Shown here: positions 18,097-26,929 of the stretch, piece by piece
Position numbering within the stretch: position 1 is the stretch's first letter
How the letters are laid out: the number at the start of each line of letters is the position of its first letter
NCBI GenBank assembly: GCA_030950195.1
Contig: JAUZRS010000251.1
Location: 1 to 52,209, forward strand
Origin: Gammaproteobacteria bacterium
GTDB lineage: Bacteria > Pseudomonadota > Gammaproteobacteria > JAUZRS01
DNA length: 52,209 nt
Reading direction: 5' to 3'
Made by a program: the position numbers and the translations under genes
The notes under the pieces: generated by a model
The model's database searches: none
Told to the model about the DNA's origin: nothing
The model's input: only the letters and a program-made list of their open reading frames with translations

Positions 18097-20697
18097 ATGG
18101 CTCTGAATGCATTGCAGTTTATCAACCGTCTGCTGATGAAAACCTCCGACGGCATGGCAAAAATCCCCGACTTCACCCGCCAACACCGCAAAAAGGCGCT
18201 GCTCTCGCTGCTGCTGTTGACGGTCTTTTTTGCCGCAGGAATTCCACGCATCAAGCTGGACATGAGCATGGAAGCCTTTTTCCGCGACGACGACCCGACC
18301 CTACACAACTTCAATATCTTTCACCATCTGTTTGGCAGCGACCAAGTCTTAATGCTCATGTTTCAGCCCCAAGACGGCGATGTGTTCAGTAACGACTCCC
18401 TGAATAAAGTCAAAGCACTGGAGGAAGATCTAAACCAGCAACGCCTCAAAGCCGACACGCCACTGAATCGCATCACCCGTGTGCGCAGCATCTACAGTGC
18501 CGACTTTTTAGAGGCCAGTGACGATGCCCTGATCAGCCGCAAATTCATCGGCCCCGACGGCCTTCCTCTCACCGCTGCCGAAAGCGACGCTCTGCGCCAA
18601 CTGGCGATGCAGCAGCGCGACTTCCCTGGGCAACTCTTCTCCCGTAACAGCAAACTGGGCATTTTAATGATCCAGACCGATTATGGCGCACGGCTGAAAA
18701 TTGCAAACGAGCAAACCGAAACGCTCAGTGCCGCCGAGAACGACAGCGGTTTTGAAGACGATTTCTCCGCCCCCGACACGGCAAGCAACAGCGGCTTGGC
18801 TCTGACCGCCGCCGAACTGCCCGAATTTGAGCGGGTGGAGATGGAAGAATACAGCGTCTTTATGAGCGCCTTTAACGACGTACTGGCACGACACCACTGG
18901 CAACACCAGCTCAACAACCCCGATGCCGATGCCACCCAATATCTGGCCGTGGGCAACCCATGGATTATGGATCTCTTTTTCAGCGTGGTGATGCAGGAGA
19001 TGGGGCTGATCTCACTGCTCTCTATTTTACTCATCATCATCGTGCTCTACTTTGTCGTCGGTTCACTGGCGGGTACCGTCTGGCCGACGACGCTGATCAT
19101 CACCGGTATTGTTTGGACGCTCGGCATCGTCGGCTGGTCTGGGGTAGCGGTGAATATGATGATCAACATCACCGTCTTTTTGATCCTCACCGTGGGCATC
19201 GCCGCCTCGATTCACATTCTATCGGTCTTCAAACAGATGAGCGAAGCGGGGCTAGAGGAACACGAAGCTCTAACAGAAACGCTGCGTAAAACCGGCCTAC
19301 CCATCATGTTGGCCGCCCTCACCACCATGGCTGGGATGCTCTCCATGTCCGTGATTCCCATCGCACCGATCAAAGCCTTTGCCCTGTTTGCCTCCGTGGG
19401 CGTATTTGTCACCTTCTGGCTGACGGTGATTTACTTGCCCACCTTGATGGAGATCTGGTCACCGATCAAACGCAACGCCGAGGGAAAAACAACGCAGAAA
19501 AAACGCGACCTGTATCTGCAACGTTTTTTAAGCTGGACCGATTACTGCGGGCGCACCTACCCCAAAACCATCATTGCCACCTTTGTCATCGTCTCAGCGG
19601 TCTCCTTGATGGGGCTGCCCAAGGTCTACATCGACACCAACCTCATGACCCTGATTAAACCAGGCGTGGGCATGAGCGAAGCCATCAGCGCCATTGATGG
19701 CAACTTTGGTGGCAGCTCCAACGCCGAAATTTTGATCGACAGTGGCCGTGCCGACGGCATCAAAGACCCACAACTGCTCAGGGCCATGCAGAGCCTGCAA
19801 GAAAAAATCATCGCCGGTGAACCGGAATTGGTGACGCGGGTGGACTCCATCGTCAAATTGGCCAAGGAATCCTATAAAAACCTACTCGACGGCAAAGAGA
19901 GTAACTACCGCATTCCCGACTCACAAGAGGTGTTGGCGCAAACCCTGTTCAGTTTTGAATCTGCCGATCCCGCCACGCGCAAACTGTTTGTCGATGACGA
20001 ATGGCAAGTGGCACGCATGACCATTCAGGTCAAAACACGCGGCTCGCGGGACTACGAGCAGTTCAATAAAAACCTGCAAGGTTGGATCGACGACAGTTTT
20101 GCTCAGATCCAACAACAAAACCCCAACTTCAAAGCGGGCATTACCGGCAGCATCCCCTTGATGATGGAGATGATGAGCTACGTCTCCAAAGCGCAGATCA
20201 ACTCCTACTTGCTGGTGATCGCGGTGATCGCCGTGCTGCTGCTGGTGATTTTTGGCTCCTTGCGCTTTGGGGTGATGGCAATGATTCCCAACCTGTTCCC
20301 CATTTTGGTCTTGCTGGGTGTCACGGGCTGGCTCGGCATCGCTCTGGACACCGACACGCTGTTGGTCATGCCCTTGGCCATTGGCATTGCGGTGGATGAT
20401 TCGATCCACTTTTTGACCCACTACCGCACCGAACTGCTGCGCGGCAAAAAATCAGAAGAAGCAATTCACTCGGCGCTGACCCATGTGGGGCAGGCGATGA
20501 TCTACACCTCCGTGGTGCTGTCGCTGGGCTTTTTGATCTTTGTCTTCTCCGTGCATCAGGGCTTGACCAACTTTGGCATTCTCTCCGCCATCGCCATGTT
20601 CTCCGCCCTGCTGGCGGATCTGTTTTTGCTGCCTGCAATGATCCACCTGTTTAAACCCTTTGAAAATCAAAAACACCTCACCACGGAGGCCGCATAA
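18097..20697 (+). CDS. RND-superfamily (MMPL/HpnN-like) exporter
   Basis: 866 aa. Two blocks of about six TM helices, each preceded by a large soluble loop, which is typical RND/SSD topology. Confidence 0.8.
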   Translation: MALNALQFINRLLMKTSDGMAKIPDFTRQHRKKALLSLLLLTVFFAAGIPRIKLDMSMEAFFRDDDPTLHNFNIFHHLFGSDQVLMLMFQPQDGDVFSNDSLNKVKALEEDLNQQRLKADTPLNRITRVRSIYSADFLEASDDALISRKFIGPDGLPLTAAESDALRQLAMQQRDFPGQLFSRNSKLGILMIQTDYGARLKIANEQTETLSAAENDSGFEDDFSAPDTASNSGLALTAAELPEFERVEMEEYSVFMSAFNDVLARHHWQHQLNNPDADATQYLAVGNPWIMDLFFSVVMQEMGLISLLSILLIIIVLYFVVGSLAGTVWPTTLIITGIVWTLGIVGWSGVAVNMMINITVFLILTVGIAASIHILSVFKQMSEAGLEEHEALTETLRKTGLPIMLAALTTMAGMLSMSVIPIAPIKAFALFASVGVFVTFWLTVIYLPTLMEIWSPIKRNAEGKTTQKKRDLYLQRFLSWTDYCGRTYPKTIIATFVIVSAVSLMGLPKVYIDTNLMTLIKPGVGMSEAISAIDGNFGGSSNAEILIDSGRADGIKDPQLLRAMQSLQEKIIAGEPELVTRVDSIVKLAKESYKNLLDGKESNYRIPDSQEVLAQTLFSFESADPATRKLFVDDEWQVARMTIQVKTRGSRDYEQFNKNLQGWIDDSFAQIQQQNPNFKAGITGSIPLMMEMMSYVSKAQINSYLLVIAVIAVLLLVIFGSLRFGVMAMIPNLFPILVLLGVTGWLGIALDTDTLLVMPLAIGIAVDDSIHFLTHYRTELLRGKKSEEAIHSALTHVGQAMIYTSVVLSLGFLIFVFSVHQGLTNFGILSAIAMFSALLADLFLLPAMIHLFKPFENQKHLTTEAA

Positions 20698-21569
20698 TGT
20701 TCAAACTCACCTTTAGTCTATTGGCACTCTCTCTCACTGCTCTGCCCCTGCACGCCGCGCCCAGCGCACGGCAGATCATGCAGCAGAGTCTGGATGTGAA
20801 CGACGGCAGCAGCCGTTACAGCCAAGCTCGCATGATGAGTTGCGCGTTTGTGATCAAAAAGGGCAAGCGCAAATGCCGCAGCAAACCGCGCCTCAAATTG
20901 ACCGAAAGTCTGGGCAAAGACGTAGGAGCAGAGGGCAAAGACAGCCTCTCTCTGAGCCTGATTCTGAAACCGAGCAGCGAAAAAGGCATGGCCTTTTTGC
21001 AGAAAGATTACGACGACACAGAGAAAGATTCAGAACAGTGGATGTATTTACCAGCGATGAAAAAACTGAAACGCATCGTCTCCGAAACCGACGATGGGCC
21101 CAAAACCGGCACCCTGTTTGGCTCCGAGCTGGCTTACGAAGACATTGAAAAACACCACATCAGCGACTCCACTTACGCGCTGCTAGAAGAGAACCTCAGC
21201 TACGGAAAACGCACGGTCTGGAAGATCAAAGCCACCCCCACGGAAAAATTCGCTCCCAAAACCTCCTACGGTCACTCCGTCGTTTGGATCGACCAGCAGC
21301 ATTATCTGCCCTTAAAAATAGAGCTGTACAATCGCCAAGGCAAATTAGCCAAAACCCTGTTGCAACAAAAAATCCAACAGATCGACGGCATCTGGATCGC
21401 CAAACGAATGCAGATCATTAATCACAGCAATCAACGCATGAGCCTGATGGTGACGGACAAACTGGCGCTCAATATGGACGTGCCTGACGGCCTGCTGGAG
21501 TCCCGTGCGCTCAAAGACAGCAACTACCGCGAAACGCAGATGAAGGCTCTGCGGATGTTGGCGAAATAA
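20697..21569 (+). CDS. Exported LolA-like outer-membrane lipoprotein-sorting family protein
   Basis: The start overlaps the RND stop (TAATG). Signal peptide MFKLTFSLLALSLTALPLHA. Size and partnership with an MMPL-type exporter fit the family. The family call is from memory. Confidence 0.6.
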   Translation: MFKLTFSLLALSLTALPLHAAPSARQIMQQSLDVNDGSSRYSQARMMSCAFVIKKGKRKCRSKPRLKLTESLGKDVGAEGKDSLSLSLILKPSSEKGMAFLQKDYDDTEKDSEQWMYLPAMKKLKRIVSETDDGPKTGTLFGSELAYEDIEKHHISDSTYALLEENLSYGKRTVWKIKATPTEKFAPKTSYGHSVVWIDQQHYLPLKIELYNRQGKLAKTLLQQKIQQIDGIWIAKRMQIINHSNQRMSLMVTDKLALNMDVPDGLLESRALKDSNYRETQMKALRMLAK

Positions 21570-21596
21570 AGGTGAAAAAGGCAACACGGTTTCCAT

Positions 21597-21699
21597 TCAC
21601 GCCGTCATTCCCGAAAATCACGCCGTCATTCCCGCAAACGCGGGAATCCACACGCAGATGCAACATCAACAAATGGATTCCCGCCTGCGCGGGAATGAC
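21597..21699. repeat. Cluster of ATTCCC-N8-GGGAAT palindromic repeats
   Basis: GTCATTCCCGCAAACGCGGGAATCCA (21625-21650) and its inverted partner TGGATTCCCGCCTGCGCGGGAATGAC (21674-21699). There is also a duplicated half-site TCACGCCGTCATTCCCG at 21597 and 21618. Confidence 0.75.
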
Positions 21700-23008
21700 A
21701 CAGCGTGTTAACCCCCTTTATCATTCTGTCTCGTTCACCTTTGCGCTTTACTGGGCATTGCTGCCCAGCCTACTCGCCGCACCTTTTATTTTATCGGCTG
21801 CCGAAGAAGAATTTGACGATTTTGCTGGTTTTTCTGATGTCGGCGAAACAGAGTCAACGTCCTCCGAGCCGTGGCTGCGCGGCAGCCTTTCGCTGGATCT
21901 GGCACGTCAAATCGGCGCTCCCAACCGCTGGGTTCGCAACGGCGTGAGCACGCAACTGATCCTCGACCGAGAGACTCCGTTTGGTCATCTTTACGCGGAA
22001 GCCACCGGCCTCTACAACGCCGCCTACCGACTGGAAAAGGATCCACAAGCCATCATCGACCGTTACGAAGCAGATGGCCTACTGCGGGAGTTCTATTGGC
22101 AAAAAGCCTTTGCTCAGTTCAGCCTCAGCGTGGGCAGAAAGATGCTGGTCTGGGGCAAAGCCGACATGCTGCCGGTGGTGAATATGATCACCCCCCAAGA
22201 TCGCAGCGCGGCGCTGTTTGCCAAACCCGAAGAGACCCGTTTAGGCCAAGATCTGATTCAACTCGACTGGTACGGCAACGGCCAGCAACTCAATGCGGTG
22301 CTGATTCCGCAGCCGCGATTCAATCTTCAAGTCAACAGCGGCCACCCTTACGCCACGCTCTTTTCGGACAGTACGGATCACATCAAAGACAACGATGTGG
22401 AATACGGCCTACGCTGGAACCAGCAACTGCCACGCGCTGAGCTGGCTCTGATTGCGGGGCATTTTGCCAATCGAGATCCGTTGTTTGATGGTTTTGAACA
22501 AACTCACCGAGCCAGCGATGTTCTGGCGCTCAGTTACAACCGTGCCGCCGATCCCTTTCTGTTTAAAACCGAACTGGCCTATCTGCCTCAACATCCGACG
22601 CAACTTTTTAGCCGACAAGGAAAACCGCAGGTTGAGGAAAAAGAGAGTTATCGTGCCATGTTGGGAGTGGATTACGTCAGCCAAAACTACGGCCGTTGGA
22701 TTGCCGAACTCTACGCCGAATGGCCCTCTGTCACTTACCCTGGCAGCAGCGCAAAAACCAGCTTTGGTCTGTTGGCAATCAACTGGAGTGAGCAGTATTG
22801 GCGCGATGATCTGCTACTCGGTGCCACAGTGATGTTTTTCAGTGACCTTGAAAATCGAGTGGTGCGCTTGAGCAGCCGTTATCAATACGACGACCGTTGG
22901 AGTTTGAATGGCCAATACAACCGCATTGATGCCAACGGTGATTCATTTTTACTTACGCCGTTAGAGGGATTTGATCGGCTTGATTTCACCCTCAGTTACA
23001 ATTTTTAG
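21695..23008 (+). CDS. Putative outer-membrane beta-barrel protein partnered with the RND/LolA-like pair
   Basis: Hydrophobic signal-like segment (ALYWALLPSLLAAPFILSA). Alternating beta-strand pattern and a C-terminal OMP beta-signal ...LDFTLSYNF. The start is uncertain: the track start at 21572 translates the palindromic repeat. Confidence 0.5.
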   Translation: MTQRVNPLYHSVSFTFALYWALLPSLLAAPFILSAAEEEFDDFAGFSDVGETESTSSEPWLRGSLSLDLARQIGAPNRWVRNGVSTQLILDRETPFGHLYAEATGLYNAAYRLEKDPQAIIDRYEADGLLREFYWQKAFAQFSLSVGRKMLVWGKADMLPVVNMITPQDRSAALFAKPEETRLGQDLIQLDWYGNGQQLNAVLIPQPRFNLQVNSGHPYATLFSDSTDHIKDNDVEYGLRWNQQLPRAELALIAGHFANRDPLFDGFEQTHRASDVLALSYNRAADPFLFKTELAYLPQHPTQLFSRQGKPQVEEKESYRAMLGVDYVSQNYGRWIAELYAEWPSVTYPGSSAKTSFGLLAINWSEQYWRDDLLLGATVMFFSDLENRVVRLSSRYQYDDRWSLNGQYNRIDANGDSFLLTPLEGFDRLDFTLSYNF

Positions 23009-23119
23009 TTATAAAATCGGCCTCTGTGTAGTGGTCAAGTAAATCTGGCCAAAGATTAGGAGCTAATTCCAAAATTGCAGCTCAGCTGACGCAGGGGATA
23101 ATCCTAAGTTGATTCAAAT

Positions 23120-23857
23120 TCACGCGGGTCCTCTCCCAACAATGCTCCTAACAACGTCAGTCAAACGGCACTTGAATTGATTAAAACTGGGCATATCAAT
23201 TCGGCACACATCAATATTATGTTCTCTCACTCGGTCTGCAATACCTTGAGCAGAGACCTCACCGGCCAACACCCTAGCCAGCTGAGTCTTCAAAGAGTGC
23301 GGCGCATTGTCATTGCCTGACTCACTTTCCAATGCATCACAGTGTTGGTAGTCTTTAGAGAGCGCACACAGCAGCCATGCCTCAGATTTGGGTTTAGGTA
23401 TCATCGGCACACCATAAGAAAAACCTTCATCATCAAACCCAGCCAACATGGAATCCCACTTGGCTTGCCAGTCACCTCGCCCCGCAGAAGCCGTGCCGTC
23501 TGCATCACGAAACAGTACCGCAACGACCTGATCGTTACACTCCGCTGCTTTTTCTTTTGCTCGTATGGCAAAAACACGAGCATTACGCCGATAATAAAGT
23601 GTTTCCGATCTGTTTTTTCTGCCTGGTAATGAAGGTGATTTTCGATGTGCTTTTAACTCTTGCGCACCTTGTGTCAACTCTGTTTCAGAGACGTACTCAA
23701 CAGATTCATTGTTAAGATCAAGATAAGAAAATTCGTAACCTTGAAGCCGCCCCAATAAGTGATCCACCATCACCGCCATCGGTCCTGCCATAAATTCAGC
23801 CGCATTATTCTTACCGCCTATATCTCCGACACCTTCTCCACTCAGCAAAAGGTACAT
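23120..23857 (-). CDS. Toprim-like (RloB/DUF4276-like) protein, partner of the upstream ATPase
   Basis: N-terminal LLLSGEGVGD (Toprim Glu), central VLFRDADG (DxD) and KSEAWLLCAL (E-x-W motif as in RloB-type proteins). The ATG overlaps the ATPase stop (TAATG). Motif-level inference only. Confidence 0.45.
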   Translation of the reverse strand: MYLLLSGEGVGDIGGKNNAAEFMAGPMAVMVDHLLGRLQGYEFSYLDLNNESVEYVSETELTQGAQELKAHRKSPSLPGRKNRSETLYYRRNARVFAIRAKEKAAECNDQVVAVLFRDADGTASAGRGDWQAKWDSMLAGFDDEGFSYGVPMIPKPKSEAWLLCALSKDYQHCDALESESGNDNAPHSLKTQLARVLAGEVSAQGIADRVREHNIDVCRIDMPSFNQFKCRLTDVVRSIVGRGPA

Positions 23858-25014
23858 TACTTGTCCTTATACCGCAGACCACTGATTTCATCAGCAAGCT
23901 GGCTTAGGTCTGTGTCCACAAATGCCTCCCCTGGCCCCATTAGTCTAAGCTTTTTGGCCATTGAAGGAATCGCAAATAGGGGAATTGCTTTGCTCAAGCC
24001 TGTATCTGTTTTGTAGAGATAATGAATGCCCGTTTTAGCCACCTCATCATCGAGATAGTTTAAGATCATCGGGCTGTGGGTAGTGACCAAAACCTGCTTG
24101 TCAGAATCAACCAAGCGTGTCATAAGAAACTCAATCAACTCAGGATTAATGCCATTTTCTATCTCATCAAACAACAGAAAACGATGTTCACTGAGCAGTT
24201 GTGCTAATACTGCGATCATACGCAACATGCCATCATTTATATGACGCGCATCCGTTAATAAATGATGCTGTCCATATTTTTCTTCTATAGAGAGCCCCTT
24301 CCAGCCTGAGCGCAAAGGGGCAACTTTTAATCGTTCAAGCTGAGGATAAATAGTATTCGTTTTTGCAAATAAAGTAGCTCGATGTTTTTCATTTAGCTCA
24401 TATAAAAAGGCAGATAAATTTTGCCCTCCTAAGCCCAGCTTGCCTTTTGCTTCACGAGTTCGACGACGTAACAGCTCTGGAGAAAGCAGATCCAGTGATT
24501 CAAGTTGAATAAAGAAATTCTTTAAATCCAATAAGTATGGAGTAAGCTGAGATGCTTTCAGTTGAGATAGAATCGACCCTTGATAGTCAAAAGCAATATC
24601 TCCTCGAAATAAGACTGTGTTTTTTCCCTGCTCGTTATAAATAACATAGTGGCCTTCTTCGACTTTCAAAACAACCTGACCGTTAGCAGTCACTCTTTCA
24701 CTGGTACAACGCAACGTCTGTCGATTAAACCCGGCCACCCACTGAAACTCTACTCCTTCGAACTGAAGGGTTACAAATAGGGAAATGTTACTTTTTCTGG
24801 TTAACTTGGAGTTAAGGTCTGCGGCTTTCCACTGTCGAGATTCCAGCCAGTTTTTTATATCGCCTTTAAATTGTTGGGCAATAAAATCGAGCAGTTGCAG
24901 TACAGTCGATTTACCTGAGCCGTTTAAGCCAACCAGACAAGAAAAAGGGGCCATTGGCAAATCAAAGTTCACCAAAGATTTAAAGTTATCTGCATGTAAG
25001 TGGGTTATCTTCAT
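23857..25014 (-). CDS. ABC/SMC-like AAA ATPase (AAA_15/AAA_21 type)
   Basis: MKITHLHADNFKSL start, Walker A GLNGSGKST, signature-like INDGMLRMIAVL, Walker B FLLFDEIENGINP and H-loop VLVTTHSP. Confidence 0.85.
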   Translation of the reverse strand: MKITHLHADNFKSLVNFDLPMAPFSCLVGLNGSGKSTVLQLLDFIAQQFKGDIKNWLESRQWKAADLNSKLTRKSNISLFVTLQFEGVEFQWVAGFNRQTLRCTSERVTANGQVVLKVEEGHYVIYNEQGKNTVLFRGDIAFDYQGSILSQLKASQLTPYLLDLKNFFIQLESLDLLSPELLRRRTREAKGKLGLGGQNLSAFLYELNEKHRATLFAKTNTIYPQLERLKVAPLRSGWKGLSIEEKYGQHHLLTDARHINDGMLRMIAVLAQLLSEHRFLLFDEIENGINPELIEFLMTRLVDSDKQVLVTTHSPMILNYLDDEVAKTGIHYLYKTDTGLSKAIPLFAIPSMAKKLRLMGPGEAFVDTDLSQLADEISGLRYKDK

Positions 25015-25139
25015 GGCATTGTCCCGTCAGCTACAGAGTCTATTGCTCTCATTTTTGCCCGTTACTGCTTTTACTTCCGCCAATAGATCAGAAAATTTTC
25101 CGTAGTTGATCTTCATACCACCACCATTATTTTAACCCA

Positions 25140-26270
25140 CTAATCAATTAACTCAGCACTGCTCAATTTTCGTAACAAAGCAGATCGGCCAGGATAACAA
25201 CGTTTAATTTCAACAACCTGTTCCTTAAAAGATTGCCAGTCATCTTGATGGTGAGCTAAATCACACAGCCCTTTTAAAATCGTCACGGCTTTATCGTATG
25301 ATTTTGATTTTTTCTCTTCGATTAAATCATAAACCTCCTGCCATGCCTCATCCTGTCTCGTTGCCAACACCGCCAATCGTTGTTGGCGAGCAATCTCCAA
25401 TTGACGTTGATGCTCTGCCTGTTGATCCCGTTTGTGTTCATCCTGCCGCTCAAGCAATTCTGCTATCGAGCGATTTGTTGATACATCTTTAGCGCCGTCA
25501 ACCTGCCCCTTTTTTGCCATTTTTTCTAACTTTCTGTTCAACAAAGCAGATAAATTTTCTTCACCATGAGCAAGGCGCAGAAGAAATTTACGCTGTTCCT
25601 TAGCAGGCAATTTATCAAGCCAAAGAGCCACATTAATTTTTTTCTCCTGCCGTGGCTTGCTTAGTTCTGCGGCAACAGCAACTAAGGCTTTATCAACGCC
25701 TAAAAACTTACACCACGCCACCTGCGCTGTGGAAAGCCTTTGTAACCCCGCAGGCAACGGTGGCTCCAAGAGATCAGCATCCACCTCACCATCATCCAAA
25801 ATATGTGCAGCGGCGAGCAACCAAGCCAAATACAAAGCACGAAAATCACCTTGCATTAACTCTGCTCTTAAATCCAGCAAATCATCCAGCCAACTCTCAG
25901 CATGCAACCAATCATCACTGCCATCATCTTGGAAATTAAAATCCAAAATAATGTGTTTTTTATCTTCCGAGAGAATACAATCAATCTCATCCGAAACCGA
26001 GAACAGAGCCACCTTTTTTATATCAACCAGCGAAACCGGCAAGCGAATCATTAAACGAAGTGATCCCCAGTCTGCCATATAAAGCATGATGTCAAAACAA
26101 CGCTCCATCAGCTGTACTTCATTGCCTCGAAAATCTCCGTAGTTATAAATAAAGGAGGCCTGATGAGAGGTGATTCGCGCTCGGCTGGAAAGTGTAGAAA
26201 GTTCCTTTTTTTCGACCTCACTCAAAGCACGGTCAATGGCACGAAACTCATAATATTGATACTCACTCAT
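25140..26270 (-). CDS. Conserved hypothetical protein (N-terminal YYEF...AIDR domain, charged coiled-coil C terminus)
   Basis: 376-aa ORF with a strong AAGGAG RBS 7 nt upstream. It begins MSEYQYYEFRAIDRALSEVEKKELSTLSSRARIT. No catalytic motif recognised. Confidence 0.6.
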   Translation of the reverse strand: MSEYQYYEFRAIDRALSEVEKKELSTLSSRARITSHQASFIYNYGDFRGNEVQLMERCFDIMLYMADWGSLRLMIRLPVSLVDIKKVALFSVSDEIDCILSEDKKHIILDFNFQDDGSDDWLHAESWLDDLLDLRAELMQGDFRALYLAWLLAAAHILDDGEVDADLLEPPLPAGLQRLSTAQVAWCKFLGVDKALVAVAAELSKPRQEKKINVALWLDKLPAKEQRKFLLRLAHGEENLSALLNRKLEKMAKKGQVDGAKDVSTNRSIAELLERQDEHKRDQQAEHQRQLEIARQQRLAVLATRQDEAWQEVYDLIEEKKSKSYDKAVTILKGLCDLAHHQDDWQSFKEQVVEIKRCYPGRSALLRKLSSAELID

Positions 26271-26338
26271 GGCCGCTTCTCCTTTACCTCTAAAATAATT
26301 AAACGCTTGTAATTAATAAAAAAACACCGTTCTTCATT

Positions 26339-26929
26339 TCACCACTCAATCCCTGCCTGCGCTTTCACCCCAAGACGAAACGCATGGCCGTCATCTTTGA
26401 TTGTGCTGATGGTATCGCCAATGGCCAACAGCTCCTCCACCATCGTCCGTCCGGTGATGATCACCGTCTGGTTTTTGGGGCGATGTTGCAACGCCGCCAC
26501 CACCGGCTCAATGGGCAAGTAACGGTACTTAAACATATAACTCATCTCATCCAGCACCAGCATATCAATGCTGTCATCTTGCAGCAGTTTTTCCGTCACC
26601 GCCCACGCCTGTTTCGCCGCCTCAATGTCCTGCTGCTTATCTTGAGTCTCCCAAGTAAAGCCATGCCCCATCACATGCCACTGCACCTGTGGGTGATCGT
26701 GAAACAGTTTATATTCACCGGTCTGCACTCGACCCTTGATGAACTGCACCACCGCACAGCTCTGACCGTGCCCCAGCGCCCGCGCCAAAGTACCAAAGGC
26801 AGAACTGCTTTTACCTTTGCCGTTGCCGCGCAGCAGAATCAACACCCCGCGCTCTTCCGTCGCCTTAGCAATGCGCTCGTCGATGACCGCTTTTTTACGC
26901 GCCATGCGCTGTTGATGATCTTGACTCAT
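26339..26929 (-). CDS. cobO: Cob(I)yrinic acid a,c-diamide adenosyltransferase
   Basis: 196 aa. P-loop-like GNGKGKSSSAFG, then VVQFIKG and LDE motifs typical of CobO/BtuR. The start overlaps the upstream chelatase gene by 4 nt. Confidence 0.9.
   Translation of the reverse strand: MSQDHQQRMARKKAVIDERIAKATEERGVLILLRGNGKGKSSSAFGTLARALGHGQSCAVVQFIKGRVQTGEYKLFHDHPQVQWHVMGHGFTWETQDKQQDIEAAKQAWAVTEKLLQDDSIDMLVLDEMSYMFKYRYLPIEPVVAALQHRPKNQTVIITGRTMVEELLAIGDTISTIKDDGHAFRLGVKAQAGIEW

Noticed and set aside
21572-21694. N-terminal extension MKKATRFPFTPSFPKITPSFPQTRES...IPACAGMT of the barrel-protein ORF.
   Set aside because: It is a translation of the ATTCCC-N8-GGGAAT palindrome cluster. The same artefact (MDSRIHGNDE) occurs at 28579-28611 on the chelatase ORF.
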